A stretch of 54,002 nt of DNA from Prorocentrum cordatum (taxonomy: Eukaryota): contig CAUYUJ010000274.1 in NCBI GenBank assembly GCA_963575745.1, forward strand, positions 62,001 to 116,002. Reading direction: 5' to 3'. The position numbers and the translations under genes were made by a program. Within the stretch, counting starts at the first letter, position 1, and each line of letters starts with the position of its first letter. Below, in pieces: positions 21,839 through 33,300 of the stretch. The notes beneath the pieces were generated by a model, which was given only the letters and a program-made list of their open reading frames with translations, was not told the DNA's origin and did not search any database.

Positions 21839-23617
21839 TGAACCATAGGCATGAAAGACTCGGCGGTCCGCGCAGACTTCTCGGACCCGCGCTGGCCGTG
21901 GCCCCCCCTGGGCGGCGCCTCCGGCGCCGCACCTGGCGCGCTCCGCGCGCCAGGGAGGGGGGTCCGGCGCCGATCCGAGAAAGCCGCGCGGACCTCCGAG
22001 CTTTTATGTTTATGTCATTGTTCGTTTCCCTAGATCATAAAAGGGGCCCAAGGACACACACATCAATGCACAAATTCCCATATTCCCCACAGTTATCCAT
22101 GTTTTCGGGGTTTCATCATCTCCCCCACTTCCGCTCAAAAATCAATCCCCCGATCCATCCGCTCAAAAATCAGGCCCGAACACGGCCCTCGGAGGACGAG
22201 AAGGACAAGAGGCCATCTCGAACCCAGACCCTGGAAATTCCTCCCCCTTTCCTGCTGGCTGGAACCAGTGCTGAGCCACCTCCAGCCCGAGCCGACTCCA
22301 AGCAAAGAAAGGCCTCCTAGAAGACGGTGTCCGAGTAGATGGAGTTGGACGATCGCGCCGCCTCGGCGATGCATCGGCACCGTCGTCGTGGAGAAATCGG
22401 GCCCCACATCGAGCCGAATCGCCGAGGCATTGGCGACGGGGCGCGATCTACTCGGTCCCCATCTGTCGAGCAGGGGATCGGCCACAGAATTGATTCACCC
22501 CAGAACTGACTTTCTCGCCGAGTCCGACGTGAACAGATTCGCAGACCTACGATCAGGAGGGGAAGAAACACACAGACAGAAATGAAACGTCGATGCCCCA
22601 GAGCATCTGGGAAAACAGGGGCAGTGGGGGGGAGGACGGAAACACCCAGAACACGGGGGAAAACATGGGGCACATGCTGGTTCGTGTGTGAGCTTCTTGG
22701 CGTGCCCCAGGGCCCCCGTCCCCTGCGAATATACGCTCTGCACGCCCTCCTCCCGGGCCCGACGGACCGGGCCGAGACGGTGGGACGACTCCGCTCTCCG
22801 CCGCCGCTCCCCTGCTCGAAAAAATTCCGGGGCGAGGCCCGCGGGCGCCTCCTGTGAAGGGGCCCCAAGACACACAAATAAACAAGTGGCACGTGTGCCA
22901 TAGCCCTTGCACAAAAAGGAATGGGGAGGAGGAGGAGGATGAGGATGAGGATGAGGATGAGGAGGAGGAGGAGGAGGAGGAGGAGGAGGAGGAGGAGGAG
23001 GAGGACTGGACTGGACTGGACGATCTGCGCATGGTCTATCTCTGGAGTCAAGAGCTCAAAGGGCGACCGCAGGGCGCTGCTGAGACGTTATGCTCATAGC
23101 GTTGTCAAACTTCCGAGGGACCCCCTCCCGAACGACTCGGGGACACCTCGATCGGAGAACGGCACAGGGTCGAGAAACCTGCACTCGTCTACGCGTAGAC
23201 GGACAAAATTCGAGAGAGCTCTCTCACAGTGTGGAAGGACCAAGGGACGAAGGACAAACGAAACGAAGCAGGGGAGCAGAGGGAGGAGGAGAGAATCAAG
23301 ATGCATATGCTTGAAACGTTGCTATTTCGTCTTATTCGAATAAGACGAAATCGTGGGCCAGGGAGAGGACAATCAGGTGCCTGCAGCACCTCCTCGTCGC
23401 CCTCGGCCTCTACCAGAACCCTTTCCTCGGCGTCCTTTGCTGGCGGAGCTGCGACCTGGATTCCACTCACCCCTGAATTGGATTCGACCGCGCTCAAGAA
23501 CAGACCCACGGGGGATAGGAGGAGGAGGAGAAGGAGGAGGCTCAACGGGGACGAGGTGGGGGGGATTGGGTCCGTTCCCAAAATCAGCATTCGCTCGAGG
23601 CTCAGTCTCATTATGAT

Positions 23618-24415
23618 TCACGCTCGCTTGTGGCGGGCCCCCCGGAGCATTTTCTCCAGGGAGTTCTGAACGCGACGCTCCGGATTCGACCTGGGGGGGG
23701 GGGACCATCTTCGCAACGCTCCCCAGACCGAGAAGAAGGGTAGATATCACAGCATTCATGGGAAGAAGCACTCCGTTGGGCCCTCTCGCCCAACTGTTTA
23801 TGAAAAAAGTGTGCCTGACCATTTTCGGGGACCCCTCCTTCACGTAGGCCGTCTTGGCCCTCCAGTACTTGAAGACCTCCGCTACTACGACGATCGGCTG
23901 ACCCTTGATCCACTCCAAGAGGCTCTGCAGGGCTTTGAGGCTGTCCGCCAGCTGAGGGTTCGACTTCAACGTCGCATGGTTGGCGATCGTGGTCAGGGCG
24001 GCCATCGCCACGCACACGCTGGGGGGGCCCATCTGGTGGTCGGGATCGCTCTGACCGTCTCGACGTACTTGGTTGCCGCTGCCACGGCTGGAGGGTTGAT
24101 CGTGCACTCGCTCGGAATCAGGTGCGCCGTCAGGACCGAGCCTTCCAGTGCCCTCGTCCTCTGGGCCACATTCAGGTAGCCTTTCATCACCGCCTGAGCA
24201 GTCTCGTCCTCGCTGTCGTCGTCGTCCAGCGCCGCCATCGGAGCGTCCTTCCTGGAGTCTGCCGCCTGAGAGGCACCTGCGGCGGCATGCCCGGGCTGCT
24301 TTTGCCTCCTTCCGAGTCCGCCACCTGAGAAGAAGTTCATCTGAGAGGGATCTGCCAACCTCTTCTTGGCGGTCTCGAGCTCCGTCGGGTCCAGCTGAAG
24401 GTTCCAAGCCGCCAT
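23618..24415 (-). CDS. LINE-associated 3' ORF of unknown function (~265 aa reconstructed, two 1-nt frameshifts)
   Basis: ATG at 24415: MAAWNLQLDPTELETAKKRL...AVMKGYLNVAQRTRALEGSVL...KYVETVRA / PDHQMGPPSVCVAMAAL...VFKYWRAKTAY...ISTLLLGLGSVAKM / PPPRSNPERRVQNSLEKMLRGARHKRA* (stop 23618). Codons are GC3-rich and the composition is protein-like. Confidence 0.7.
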
Positions 24416-25574
24416 GGTTCGATGAGGCGTCAACTGCAAAAGAGAGAACAGCGTCAGAAAGATCAACGTGTGAACGCATGTGTATCTGAAGTGCTGTAAG
24501 TGTCGGGTGATCTCGACCACAAGCTGGGCATTCAAATGAGCACGGTTCCACGATAGGATGATGCGCAGGGCTACGATCACAATGACATATCTTATTCTGG
24601 AAAAGTCGACGTACATGTTGCCGTGAAATAGCATGTGTTGAATGAGTAGACATGCACCATGGACACTGATTTGTTACTGTTAAGATTTGGGATAAAGCTC
24701 GCTCTCCATGACTCCCCTCGCGGCAAAACCTCATATGCGCATACCGCCCCTGTTGTTCTGTGAATTCGAGCCCACAAGTGGTCCCGTTATCCAGAGTCTC
24801 TTGGCAAATCCACGTTTTTGGGGCCGGTGGGGGATCAGGGTCGGGAGCGGCATCAGCATCGGCACCGCCTCCTCCTTCTCCTCCATCTGCAGCAGCAGCA
24901 GTAGCAGTAGGAACCCGTCGACGCCCAAACTCATCTATCGCGTTCTCCCAGTAGAGCCCCCGAAGCCTCTGGAAATTGATCTTTTTGAACCTGGGGGCGA
25001 ACTCCTCCTGGAAGATTTTTAAGTGGATGCCCCCCATGGCCTGCAAGAGCTCAGCACCACGATCCAAGAGTGTCAACATTTTTAGATCATTCAACACCTG
25101 GAGAGCCCACGGGTTACCTTGAAACTGTCCTGCGGCAGTGCGTACAAGGAGCCAGTCACGGAAGGTGGGCTCAGCCTCGCCAGTCATCTGGCCGAACATA
25201 GCGGCGAGCAGCTGACGGTTGTCTGCACGATGGTTCGCAAGTTGCTGAAGCCATCGAAGACGACGAATTCTCAATTCAAGCGGTGCGGGCACAAGTCCTA
25301 GACGTGTCCAGATCTTCTGAGTAGGCAGAGATACATGTTTGATACTATCATCGGGATTGTGGAACTTGGTTACTGCATCACCTTTAAGTAATATTCGTCC
25401 CCATTGTAAGAGTAGACTGTCAATCATGTTGTAGTCGCTATTAATCAATATGAAAGCTCCTAACCCACTTAGCCCCGCAGATTGAACTCCAGCTTGAAAG
25501 ACAAGTAGGTGAATTCGACGTGGTACCCGATTCGTAAACCAGAAACGCCCCATGGAGTACCAAGCCTCGCGCAT
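24416..25574 (-). CDS. LINE pol C-terminal region with three C2H2-type zinc fingers
   Basis: ELRIRRLRWLQQL post-RT helix; WICQE...CGLEF...AHMRF...H; QCPWC...RQHV; FECPACGRDHPTLTALQIHMRSH. No in-frame stop occurs before the downstream ORF begins. Confidence 0.8.
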
Positions 25575-27010
25575 GTTTTTTTTTGGATGTGCTGGCGTTG
25601 CTGCGCGGTTGTGCCATTGCTATGGTATTGGACCCCAAGGTACGTAGCATGAACGGCGATTCGACCAGGAAGCGACGAAGTTGGGTTCGTGAACTGCCTC
25701 GATTGCTGGTTAGCTCTTCCACCCACAAACTTCGGAACCGTAACTTGTTTTCCTGCATCCAGGGCGCCCCCAACTTGCTGTAAATAGCCTGCGAAACTCG
25801 TAGATGCTGCAGCGACCTTGGCTGAGAGGTCGGCTGCAGTCGAGCCTGTAATCTTGCGCGCCGTGTCATCCAGAAAAACAGTCGTGGCAAGATTGACGGT
25901 GAATGTGTCGATGGCGTTGAGAGGGCTGGTACACATGAGATCCTTACCACCATCACACTCAGTGCGTTCAGCGAGCCATGGTTGGAGCACGGTGCGATCA
26001 AAGCTACGAATATACTTCACTGGAGCCGATTGATGTCCCTGGAGAACACCTTGACCGATTTGATAATGCCCCATGCCATCTGCACAATCAAGAGGAACAA
26101 TATAGTTATGGTTACAATGTTGGCCAAAGAACAGATCATCAGGGTTCATGTGAATGGCGTCAGTGTCATCAAAAACATCAGTGTTGAGGCTGCCGAAGGC
26201 GTTCGTCTGGTCGTAGAAGATCGTGCAATGTGATTGTTGTAGCCGTTGGAGTCGCCAGGCAGCGATAAGTTGAATATTGATGGCACTCTCCCGTCGACGA
26301 TGGCGAAGGCCTCCATGAAGGTAGTCAGCATATTGTCGTTCAGAATGGCATTCATCAGCACGATGTCCAAGATGTTTAGAATAAGCCTTGCTAAAAGGGC
26401 ACATCCGATGCACCAGCCTGAGTGATTTAAGCCCAGTAGCAGTGGTTGGCTTGGGCAGGCAGCAGCCCCAGGAGCGATGCCAATCGAGAGGGAGGTGCGC
26501 GCTGCCACGCACATCCCACAGAATGCCTCGTACCCGTCGTGTGAGCCAGTTCATGGTAGGGAGAGACGCCTCAAACTGATCACGTTGGTCTTCACTAAAC
26601 TTCCGACGGTTACGATGAGTGGGGAGTAAGATCATACGAAACACTTCCAGCGGCAAACTCCATGGTGGGGTACTCTTGCGATATTGCATAAAAATAAGCG
26701 CACGTCTGATGCCGCGGAGGTCGGTCCCAGCGTCGTCTTTGAAGCCGGGCGAGTAGAACCGATAACCTGTGCCAACATCATGTCGAGCCTCAGGGGGCCG
26801 AGAAACATCCACCACAGTAGCGCTCTGTCCGCCACAGTGTCCTGCTTGCCCTAAGAAATCACCCCACATCGCACATGTAGGTCGGTGACTGACTGGGTTG
26901 TTGAAGAAACGTCGTCCAGGGCCGACTGTAGTGCAAGCGAGTCGTCGACATAAACGGCGCACCAGGGACCAGCGATGTTCCTCCCACGCATCATAAATCT
27001 GAGCCGCCAA
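25469..27010 (-). CDS. LINE reverse transcriptase domain
   Basis: LPLEVFR, LPKP...SLRLV, HGGLRHRRRESAI, FYDQTNAFGSL, GQGVLQGHQSAP, TVFLDDT (YADD equivalent) and YLGVQY. The frame is open upstream to ~27180. It frameshifts at a 9-nt T/A run (~25576-25584) into the next ORF. Confidence 0.93.
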   Translation of the reverse strand: MAAQIYDAWEEHRWSLVRRLCRRLACTTVGPGRRFFNNPVSHRPTCAMWGDFLGQAGHCGGQSATVVDVSRPPEARHDVGTGYRFYSPGFKDDAGTDLRGIRRALIFMQYRKSTPPWSLPLEVFRMILLPTHRNRRKFSEDQRDQFEASLPTMNWLTRRVRGILWDVRGSAHLPLDWHRSWGCCLPKPTTATGLKSLRLVHRMCPFSKAYSKHLGHRADECHSERQYADYLHGGLRHRRRESAINIQLIAAWRLQRLQQSHCTIFYDQTNAFGSLNTDVFDDTDAIHMNPDDLFFGQHCNHNYIVPLDCADGMGHYQIGQGVLQGHQSAPVKYIRSFDRTVLQPWLAERTECDGGKDLMCTSPLNAIDTFTVNLATTVFLDDTARKITGSTAADLSAKVAAASTSFAGYLQQVGGALDAGKQVTVPKFVGGRANQQSRQFTNPTSSLPGRIAVHATYLGVQYHSNGTTAQQRQHIQKKTCARLGTPWGVSGLRIGYHVEFTYLSFKLEFNLRG

Positions 27011-27196
27011 AGACTCGACGCGATGATGACGATGTTGGTCCCGTTTAGCTTTGATTTCTTTGGTGACGGCGAATAGTCTCTGCTGAAGACGACTGAGCTC
27101 CGAGAAAGCTTCAGGAACAGCAATGATGGGGGCAGCCGACGTGAGCTCAGCAAGCTGGGCACGAAGTTGGAAGCGTTGTTTTAGTAGCGTTCTTTG

Positions 27197-28309
27197 CTAA
27201 TCACGTGCAGCAGCATAGACAGCATCAGGTTCAGTGTAACGTGCAAAATAGCCCAGGGCGATTTTACGGATATCCAAGACAAATTGCTCCCATGCTCGAT
27301 CTGGTACTGCTTGGGCCTCAAGCCTAGACCATTCAGGGAACGTCCGAAAACATAGTTGCTCAACCTCCTCCAGGAAACGCTGCCTCCAAAGCCCATCAGA
27401 AGCCCCTTCGACGAGCCTGTCCATGTCCCAGAGTTCAGCCTTGGGGGCGCGGGTGTGCGGGAAGCTCAAGATGTATTTTACAGACACTTGCAGCGGCCAA
27501 TGGTCCCAGCGGCGCACAATAGGCACAATTTGCAGTTGCCTCCCAAGACGCTCCAGGATGCGACAATCAGAAACCGAAGATAACCAACTTCGAGGAGCCC
27601 CAAAGTAATCGATTATGGATTTAGTTGTTTTGTTATAGTACGTATCTTGAACACCCACGAAAGTGTTAATCAAACATAAGCCAAATTGCTCCATGAACTC
27701 TCGAATTCGCTTAAGACAATAATGTTCAGGTCGTGGAAAGAGTTCGCCTACTGGGTTGAACTCGTCAGGGATATAGTCACTAGCTGGTACACCTGCATTA
27801 TCATTCAAATCACCTCCAAAAACGATGGAGCAGCGCGCGGGCTGCTCGGCGGCAATGCTGATCATCCACTGCACAAGCTCGTCTACCGTCCGCAGATAGT
27901 TCAGCCGCTGCTTCGCAACGGTGGGCCGGAGCGGAAAGTAGACTGCGATGCGCAAGAGATGAAATCGTCCAGAGCGAAGGGCAACAGCACCACCTCTACC
28001 CTGCAAGCGTTCGGGAGGAGAGTACACGTTCGATATGTGCGCGAGTCGAAACACGTCACGACGAAGCCGAATATGGGTACCCGTATGAGCATTCGTGAGG
28101 GGTGATCGCCCATATCCCCAACTAAGAATTTGCAGTTTGGAGTCCTAGACCGAGACACAAACGTTGTCCGTCGGCTTTCTTCTCATACGGGTGCCCACTA
28201 AGAATTGACCGTCCTTCGAAGCAAATGCAACAGAAAACTCCTCATGTCGACCAGGTTGGACCAGAGAACAAACGTTATGGACCACGAAGTTCAGATCACG
28301 AGTCTCCAT
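27197..28309 (-). pseudogene. LINE apurinic-like endonuclease (EEP) domain
   Basis: ATG at 28309: METRDLNFVVHNVCSL...FLVGTR, then SPPERLQGRGGA, AVYFP, GGDLND, DTYY...SIIDYF and RRWDHWPL (APE motifs N, GDxN, IDY, DH). Stop/frameshift near 28145-28050 and stop at 27197. Confidence 0.85.
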
Positions 28310-28709
28310 GGTACTCCCACACCAACGTGCCGTGCGGGGGTCCCTCAAACATGAATGAGCGGCATGGCGCAGCAGGAAAGTATGTATAGTGGGGGAGGTT
28401 AGGCGTGTATGGTGCGGGGGGTGCTCGCGCAAGACGCCTGGAGGAGGAGGAGGAGGAGGAGGAGGAGGAGGAGGAGGAGGAGGGAGGGAGGAGGAGGAGG
28501 AGGAGGAGGAGCTCTAGACACCCTGTGCAAGAGAATACACAAAAATAAAAGGCCCGCGCCTCCCCGCCGCGCCCCCGCCCGAGGCGCGCGCTCGCCCGGC
28601 TGCTGGCGCTCGCGTGCCGCGGCCCGCGCTCGGGCCCCCGCGCGGCCCCGGCGGCCATTGGCCCCGCGGCCGGCGCGGGCCGAGCGGTGTGGGCGTTGGA
28701 GGGGCACGC

Positions 28710-29000
28710 GCCAGGGTCAGGTCGGGCACGTCCCCCTGCAGGGTGATGTTTGAGGGGCAACGCCAGGGTCAACGCCCGGGTCAGGTCGGGCACGTCCCCC
28801 TGCAGGGTGATGTTTGAGGGGCAACGCCAGGGTCAACGCCAGGGTCAGGTCGGGCACGTCCCCCTGCAGGGCGATGTTGGGCAAGAAGACTTAAAAAACA
28901 TGACCCAGGAAGAGCCCCCCAGACGGCCAGGAGTGCTCCAGAAGACGTCCCCTGACCACGCGTTGACCACCAGGGTCAGGTCGGGCACGTCCCCCCTGCG
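28710..29000 (+). repeat. Tandem ~62-bp repeat CAGGGTCAGGTCGGGCACGTCCCCCTGCAGGGTGATGTTTGAGGGGCAACGC
   Basis: Three adjacent units plus one more at ~28971; the core resembles the TIR of the 155-bp MITE family. Confidence 0.8.
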
Positions 29001-29736
29001 GGGGGTGAGGTCCTCGCCATCGCTCGGGCGTCCATTCCCTGTGTGTTTTGTCGGTTTCGTGCGTGGTTTTTTTTTTTCGCCAAATGATCAAGGATGCTCC
29101 TCGATGGCCGTCGCCGAGAAAAAATGCACACGTCCGAGCGATGCCAAGTGTCGGGCAAGAAGACTAAAAACATAGCCCAGAAAGACCCCCCCCAGACGGC
29201 CAGGAGTGCTCCAGAAGACGTCCCCTGACCACGTGTTGACCACTTCTGGATTTTCTCCCCCCACGGTGCGGGCGCGGCCGCAAGAAACCCTCGCAAGGAA
29301 CCCAACCCTGAGAACCCGCGCGTGAGTTACACATGAGGGGACACCCAGAGCACCCTGAACGCAGCAGCTCCTTCAACGGCTGCGGGAAGTCACCGCGCAG
29401 CGCGAGGAGCGAAGAAACCCAGGATACACTGACATATGGTTTCTTGATGCGCGCCCCCACTGTAGGGGCAGACTGGCATAGGGGGGGGGGGGGGGGAACG
29501 TCGACCTCGAACGGGCGACACATCGCCGACAGATCGGCAAGAGGCCTCCGAGGGTGAATCCGCACCTTCCTGGGCAGGTCGGGGCCAGCTATCGGGCCCC
29601 TATCAGCGATCAATGGGCGATTGGGGGTCGATGCATCCCCCCCTATGCCGCATACCTGTCCCCCCCTACCGTTGCCCCCGACGGGGGGGGGTGGGCGTCA
29701 CGTCGGGGTTCGGCCACCGTGCGGGGCACGGACTTA

Positions 29737-29932
29737 GGGGAACGAGCAATGACATAAGCATAAAAACTCGGAGGTCCGCGCGGATTTCTCGGATCGGCGC
29801 TGGACCGCCCTGGCGGCGCCTCCGGCGCCGCCCCTGGCGCGCTCCGCGCGCCAGGGAGGGGGGGTCCAGCGCGGATCCAAGAAATCCGCGCGGACCTCCG
29901 AGTTTGTATGTTTATGTCATTTTCCGTTCCCC
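29737..29932. mobile_element. Foldback-like MITE with ~70-bp TIRs (related copies ~21850-22032, ~31645-31800, ~51700-51870)
   Basis: GGGGAACG..AATGACATAAGCATAAAAACTCGGAGGTCCGCGCGGATTTC versus its reverse complement at the right end; TA on both sides. Confidence 0.8.
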
Positions 29933-31044
29933 TAGGACTGGCATGGGAGAGCTGCGGGCCGGAGAAGTGTTCGGTCCGGCTGCGCTGCATGAGAAGAGGG
30001 GGAGGGACGACGACGACGACGACGACGAGGGAGGAACCAGGGTGAGGGGACAAAGGCACCGGTGCGAGGCGGGGATTCATCCACATCGACCGCCTGGGAA
30101 CCCACGTCCCGGTGCCTCAGCGGGCGGTGGATATGGATACAGTGTGCCCCCCCGGGACTAACATGTGGGCGACGATCAAAACGCGAGATGACGTAGCGAG
30201 CTTACGCGGCGGCTCATGCGGGCCGCCGGCGCGGCACGCCACAATGGAGAAGAGGGCCCTCACGCGCGACCTTACGCGGACAGCTTACGCGCCAACGTCG
30301 GCGCAAACGACCCAAATTTTGCATCGCGCATGTGAAAACTGCGAGTCGGAAAGATGTTCGCTCAGGCTGCGCTACATGAGGAGAAGGGGAGGGACGACCC
30401 AGACACCTGGCCGCTCCAATCTTCTCGATGCGTGGGCCCTAGAGGTCTGGACCACTTCCCCAGGGCCGGCTTCTCGTCCTCGAGTCGTTTGCTGACGGCC
30501 ACGAGGCTCGGCGAGGGCCCCCGGAGGCCGAAGACGGCCCCCAAAATACGCCAGCTCCAATTTTTTGGGAGGGTCGGATCTCTGGGGAGAGGAGGGGGAG
30601 GGGCGACGAGGGAAGAAGACTGACGAAGGGAGATAAGCACCCTGCTCCTGCCTCAGAAATCCTGCCCTCTCGTGGGCCACCAAAAGGCCTGCGCCTTCTG
30701 AGCAGCAGCTTCCTCTTTAAGAAGCATTCCCCCCTCCCGCTACCCTTGTGCGCGCCGCCAAATGAGGCCTGAGCCTCAACCCGACCCCAAGAGGGCTGGC
30801 CGAAACCCCCACACGATCCTGCCTCGGCAATCCTGCCCTCTCGTGGCGGGCCTCCCTCTTCGTCGTGCCGGGCGCCACGAGAGGAGAAAGCGCGGCAGAA
30901 GCGGGCAGAACCAGGGGAGGGCCGCGCGGGTTCTCGGGTCGACCCGGGCATTTTCTGGGCCCGGGTAAATCCAAACGTGGGTCAGTCGGGCTTTGCAGGA
31001 TCCTGCAAGATCCTGCAGGATCCTCCAGGATCCGCCCAAGCTTA

Positions 31045-31197
31045 GGTCGGGCATGTCCCCCTACAGGCGGATTTTGGGCGAACTTGTTTGATATGCCAAA
31101 AATATTCAAGCATTGCCCAAAAAATACTCGAAGAATCGTCCCCAGACTCGTTGCTTTTATTGCTGAATACTCCTCCTTTAGAGGGACAGGCCCGACT
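31045..31197. mobile_element. ~155-bp MITE, TIR RGTCGGGCMTGTCCYCCTACAGG (other copies 32657-32820, 33628-33780, 33888-34031, 41314-41462, ~48475-48627; half copy ~2655-2683)
   Basis: TIRs at both ends with TTA/TAA/TCA flanks (Tourist/PIF-Harbinger-like). An uninterrupted paralog of the flanking repeat is at ~42245-42345. Confidence 0.85.
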
Positions 31198-31999
31198 TAA
31201 ACCCAAGCCCGGGTCAGTGCAGCCCTGGCCCTGCAGGATCTTGCAAGCTCCGGCGCTATGACTGGCCCCCGTTTGCCTCGACCCCCGTCTCTTGAGCCCC
31301 GATCGACCCTGGAGCCCCCCTTCCCCCGGCACGCGCCACCGGAGGCGCCGCCAGGGTGGTCCGGAGTCGATCCAAGGAATCCGCGCAGTCCTTCCAAAAT
31401 TTCTGCTCGTGTCGTTCAGAGACATTCGACGTCATGATTTTTCAATACGCGGTCGGAAATCCCGACCCTTTCCCCAGGACCAGTTTTTCATCCTGAATCG
31501 TTTTTTGGCAGCCCCGAGGCCCAGCGAAGGCTCCCAGGGGCCGAAAACGGCCAGAAACCTCCCGTCTTGACCATTCCTCCATTAGGCTTGCCTAAGGGGT
31601 TCTTAATTGGTGACGACTTGGTGTCTCGTGACCCAACTTTGAAATGGAAAAACACATCAGCATAAACTCTTGGCGCTCCGCGCGAACTTCTTGGATTCGC
31701 GCTGGACCCCCCCCCCCGCGCCAGGGGCGGCGCCAGAGGCGGCGCGGGGGGGCCCCGGCGCGGATCCAAGAAATCCGCGCGGAACGCCAAAAGTTTACGT
31801 CACGTAGTTGTTTCGTTTCGACTCTTCCTTGGTTAAGACTTGGTGTCTCGTGACCCAGCTTTGCTCGTTCCCCGGACCTTCCTCGAGTTCCTCGGGCTCC
31901 CCGCCCTCGGTGCCTCGCGTGCCTGTTCCCCGGAGGCTCCCCGGGTTCCTCGGGTTGCTCGGGCTCCTCCAGCTTGCTGGGCTGCTGCCTTCTCGTGGA

Positions 32000-32097
32000 T
32001 GCCAAGCAACGCCAAGCAATGCCAAGCAATGCCAAGCAACGCCAAGCAACGCGAGGCAGCGCCAAGCAACGCCAAGCAGCGCCAAGCAATGCCAAGC
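32000..32097 (+). repeat. 10-bp minisatellite (GCCAAGCAAY)n
   Basis: Direct reading. Confidence 0.9.
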
Positions 32098-32115
32098 TCT
32101 GCGCCCTTGCAGTAG

Positions 32116-32308
32116 TCGGGAGCGGCCAAGAGGGGGGTGTCCAAGAGGGGTGGGTGCAAATCATGACCGGCGGCATGTGCGCGGCCCAAGGGGGGGGCCA
32201 GGGACGTAATGAAATCAGAAGAGGCGCCATGAAATCTGAGGAAAAATCATGGCCCACGCCATGATATCCCCCCCCCCTAGTGGTCACCCCCCTCTTTGCC
32301 GCCCCCGA
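32116..32308. mobile_element. ~193-bp MITE, TIR TCGGGAGCGGCCAAGAGRGGGGTG (copies 43774-43967, ~21107-21317; fragment ~38755-38870)
   Basis: TIRs plus high similarity among copies. Confidence 0.8.
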
Positions 32309-33300
32309 CAATAGGGAGCTTTCCCTAATAGGGGTCCCCGCTGGGTCCACGCGGTCATGTCTGGGGGGGGGGGGGGGGAGGGGGAGGAGGAGGAGGAGAG
32401 GAGGAGGAGGAGGAGGAGGAGGAGGAGGAGGAGGAGGAGGAGGAGGAGGGGAGGAGGAGGAGTAGGAGGAAGGAGGAGGGAGGAGGAGGAGGAGGAGGAG
32501 GAGGAGGAGGAGGAGGAGGAGAGGAGGGAGGGGGGACCAGCCTGTGCTGAAAGGGCGGGGGGCGTCCGTCGTGGCAGGGGGCGGCCCTCTCAGGGGCAGG
32601 GGTCACTCTCTCCCTCGCCCTCTGACAGGGCGGCCCTCCCCCGTGGACTGGTGTCAAGTCGGGCCTGTCCTCCTACAGGGGGATTTGGGCAAAAGACAAA
32701 AAAATGCCAAAAATATGCCACAAAATGGGTCAAAGAAATACCACCCCAAAAAATCGTCCCCAGACTATTGCTTGTGCTGCCTTCTGAAAACAGCCCTCCT
32801 GTAGAGGGACGTGCCCGACTGAAGACTGGTGGCTGTGCACCACCCCCGGCTCGAGCCAGGCCCGCCCTGGCTTCTGGAGCCCCGCAACGTTGCGGCGACG
32901 GACCGCGCGGTGACCTCGACACCCCCCGAGACCTCACCGCACGGCCCGCCGCGGCGCGGTCTTGGGACCCCGGAGGCCCCCGTCGCCCGAGACGCCCTCG
33001 GAGAGGGACCCGAGCCCCAAACACGTGCGGCGACCCCGAAGCCCCACCGACTCACCGCGCGGCGTGATCACCACCCCGTTTCGGGGCCCCCGACACCAAT
33101 CCGGGCCGCCTGTATACGACCGGGCAGATGAAGACGAGGAGGAGGAGGAGGAGGAGGAGGAGGAGGAGGAGGAGGAGGAGGAGGAGGAGGGTTTGGTCAC
33201 CACACCGTTTGGGGGCCCCCACTGGCTCCCGGAGCCTCAGCTCCGGGGGCCAGAGCGCCGGGCGAGGGCTCGAGGCAAGGGCTCCGGGGGCCCTCACAGC

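Larger units (their letters stand above)
23519..28440 (-). mobile_element. Non-LTR retrotransposon (APE-type LINE, RTE-like single pol ORF plus 3' extra ORF), apparently full length, frameshifted
   Basis: APE, RT and C2H2 domains are collinear, with a short ~130-nt 5' leader. (CCT)n tracts flank both sides in element orientation. Confidence 0.9.

Noticed and set aside
23538..23550. Dinoflagellate spliced-leader relic (GGCTCAAC)
   Set aside because: Only 7 nt match the SL end (GGCTCAAG) and the upstream CCATTTT is absent. I saw no convincing SL relic in the window.
29310..29470. Candidate host exon (LLALRGDFPQPLKELLRS)
   Set aside because: A diverged homolog at ~50735-50890 has a different frame, so this is a dispersed repeat.
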